From Caerostris darwini (Eukaryota): a stretch of DNA of 64,000 bases. The position numbers were made by a program, and so were the translations under genes. This document shows positions 63,593 to 64,000 of the stretch, in pieces. The stretch spans positions 899,513 through 963,512 of the forward strand of contig BPLQ01015363.1 of the NCBI GenBank assembly GCA_021605075.1. The letters are read 5' to 3'. How positions within the stretch are numbered: position 1 is the stretch's first letter; the number at the start of each line of letters is the position of its first letter. The notes under the pieces are model-generated. The model had not been told where the DNA came from. It searched no databases and was given only the letters and a program-made list of their open reading frames with translations.

Positions 63593-63779
63593 GTTTAGAT
63601 GACAATGATTTATACATTCTTCTAAGTTTAGTTTTACTTGATAAGGAAAACAGAACATTTCTCACATTTAATGAAGTTATTAAACAAACAACAAAACTGG
63701 GACCTGATAATATGATGTCTCAAACTACCTATTGTTCCTTAGTGCATACAATTTGTTCTTTTGCATATGGCCATAGCAG
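63593..63779 (+). CDS. TEP1: TEP1-like exon (GLDDNDLYILLSLVLLDKENRTFLTFNEVIKQ...)
   Basis: gcttatag|GTTTAG acceptor, AGCAG|gtatga donor. G carry gives G-LDDNDL; TEP1/NWD1-type 'GLsExEL..lLsl' helix; ORF track 63583..63789. Confidence 0.65.
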
Positions 63780-64000
63780 GTATGATTAAACAGTTTTTTT
63801 TTTTTCAAAAATTTATAAATGAATGCAACATATTGACCTCTAGTTAATAAAAGTATTTCCATGTTTAAATATAAATATATTAAAGAAATAATTTAATTTT
63901 ATTTAACATATAGGTTTTATTAAATGTATACAGAAATAATCTTCATACATTCTTTGTCTAAATTGTTATTTATATCTGACTTTTTTCTTTTTTTTTGCTT

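Larger units (their letters stand above)
372..63779 (+). other. TEP1: Span of TEP1-like (TROVE-DUF4062-NACHT) gene; 18 recognised exons; 5' and 3' (WD40) parts outside window
   Basis: Exon chain with consistent GT/AG boundaries and codon phases; domain order TROVE then DUF4062 then NACHT. Confidence 0.7.

Noticed and set aside
1-64000. Prokaryotic-style features (operons, CRISPR arrays, defence islands, promoters and terminators)
   Set aside because: About 70% AT, GT..AG introns, poly-A-tailed SINEs and eukaryotic TE families show this is metazoan nuclear DNA. No direct-repeat/spacer array or dense co-oriented ORF cluster exists.

Overview
This window is AT-rich eukaryotic genomic DNA, most likely from an arthropod or other invertebrate. 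It is not prokaryotic: there are no operons, CRISPR arrays or rRNA/tRNA genes, and coding sequence sits in short exons bounded by GT..AG splice sites inside very large introns. Three things dominate the window. (1) A giant multi-exon gene on the + strand crosses essentially the whole window. I recognise at least 18 exons between 372 and 63779 whose phases join consistently. Their products line up as a Ro60/TROVE-like domain (…EVWEKLIDNGKLPYMAMLRNLKNL…), then a DUF4062 domain (RVFISSTFKDMHCERDSL…DLRWG…ELCLLEA…GILGDRYG), then a NACHT NTPase (Walker A GTPGCGKTS, Walker B FVLVIDGLDHL). That architecture is TEP1-like (telomerase/vault-associated protein 1); the gene runs off both ends of the window. 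(2) A complete nested gene lies antisense inside the roughly 19.9-kb intron between exons at 11988 and 31843. It encodes a roughly 1250-aa secreted leucine-rich-repeat protein with a signal peptide, an LRRNT cysteine cluster, more than 35 LRRs, an LRRCT motif (CNCELSWIWEWL) and a hydrophobic C-terminal tail. It is chaoptin-like and probably GPI-anchored, and it carries one frame discontinuity. (3) The introns are packed with transposable elements. These include six Tc1/mariner DNA transposons with recognisable TIRs and TA target-site duplications, two of them near-identical and apparently intact copies in inverted orientation (40061-41557 and 60267-61758). They also include an internally deleted mariner, a hAT MITE with an 8-bp target-site duplication, degraded pogo/Tigger and Tc1 remnants, one degraded LINE, and at least seven tRNA-headed SINE copies, four of them clustered at 29-33 kb. 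A 320-bp near-perfect palindrome lies just upstream of the DUF4062 exon. I see no evidence of a novel defence-type system. The notable biology is the TEP1-like gene, the nested GPI-anchored LRR gene and the recently active Tc1 pair.
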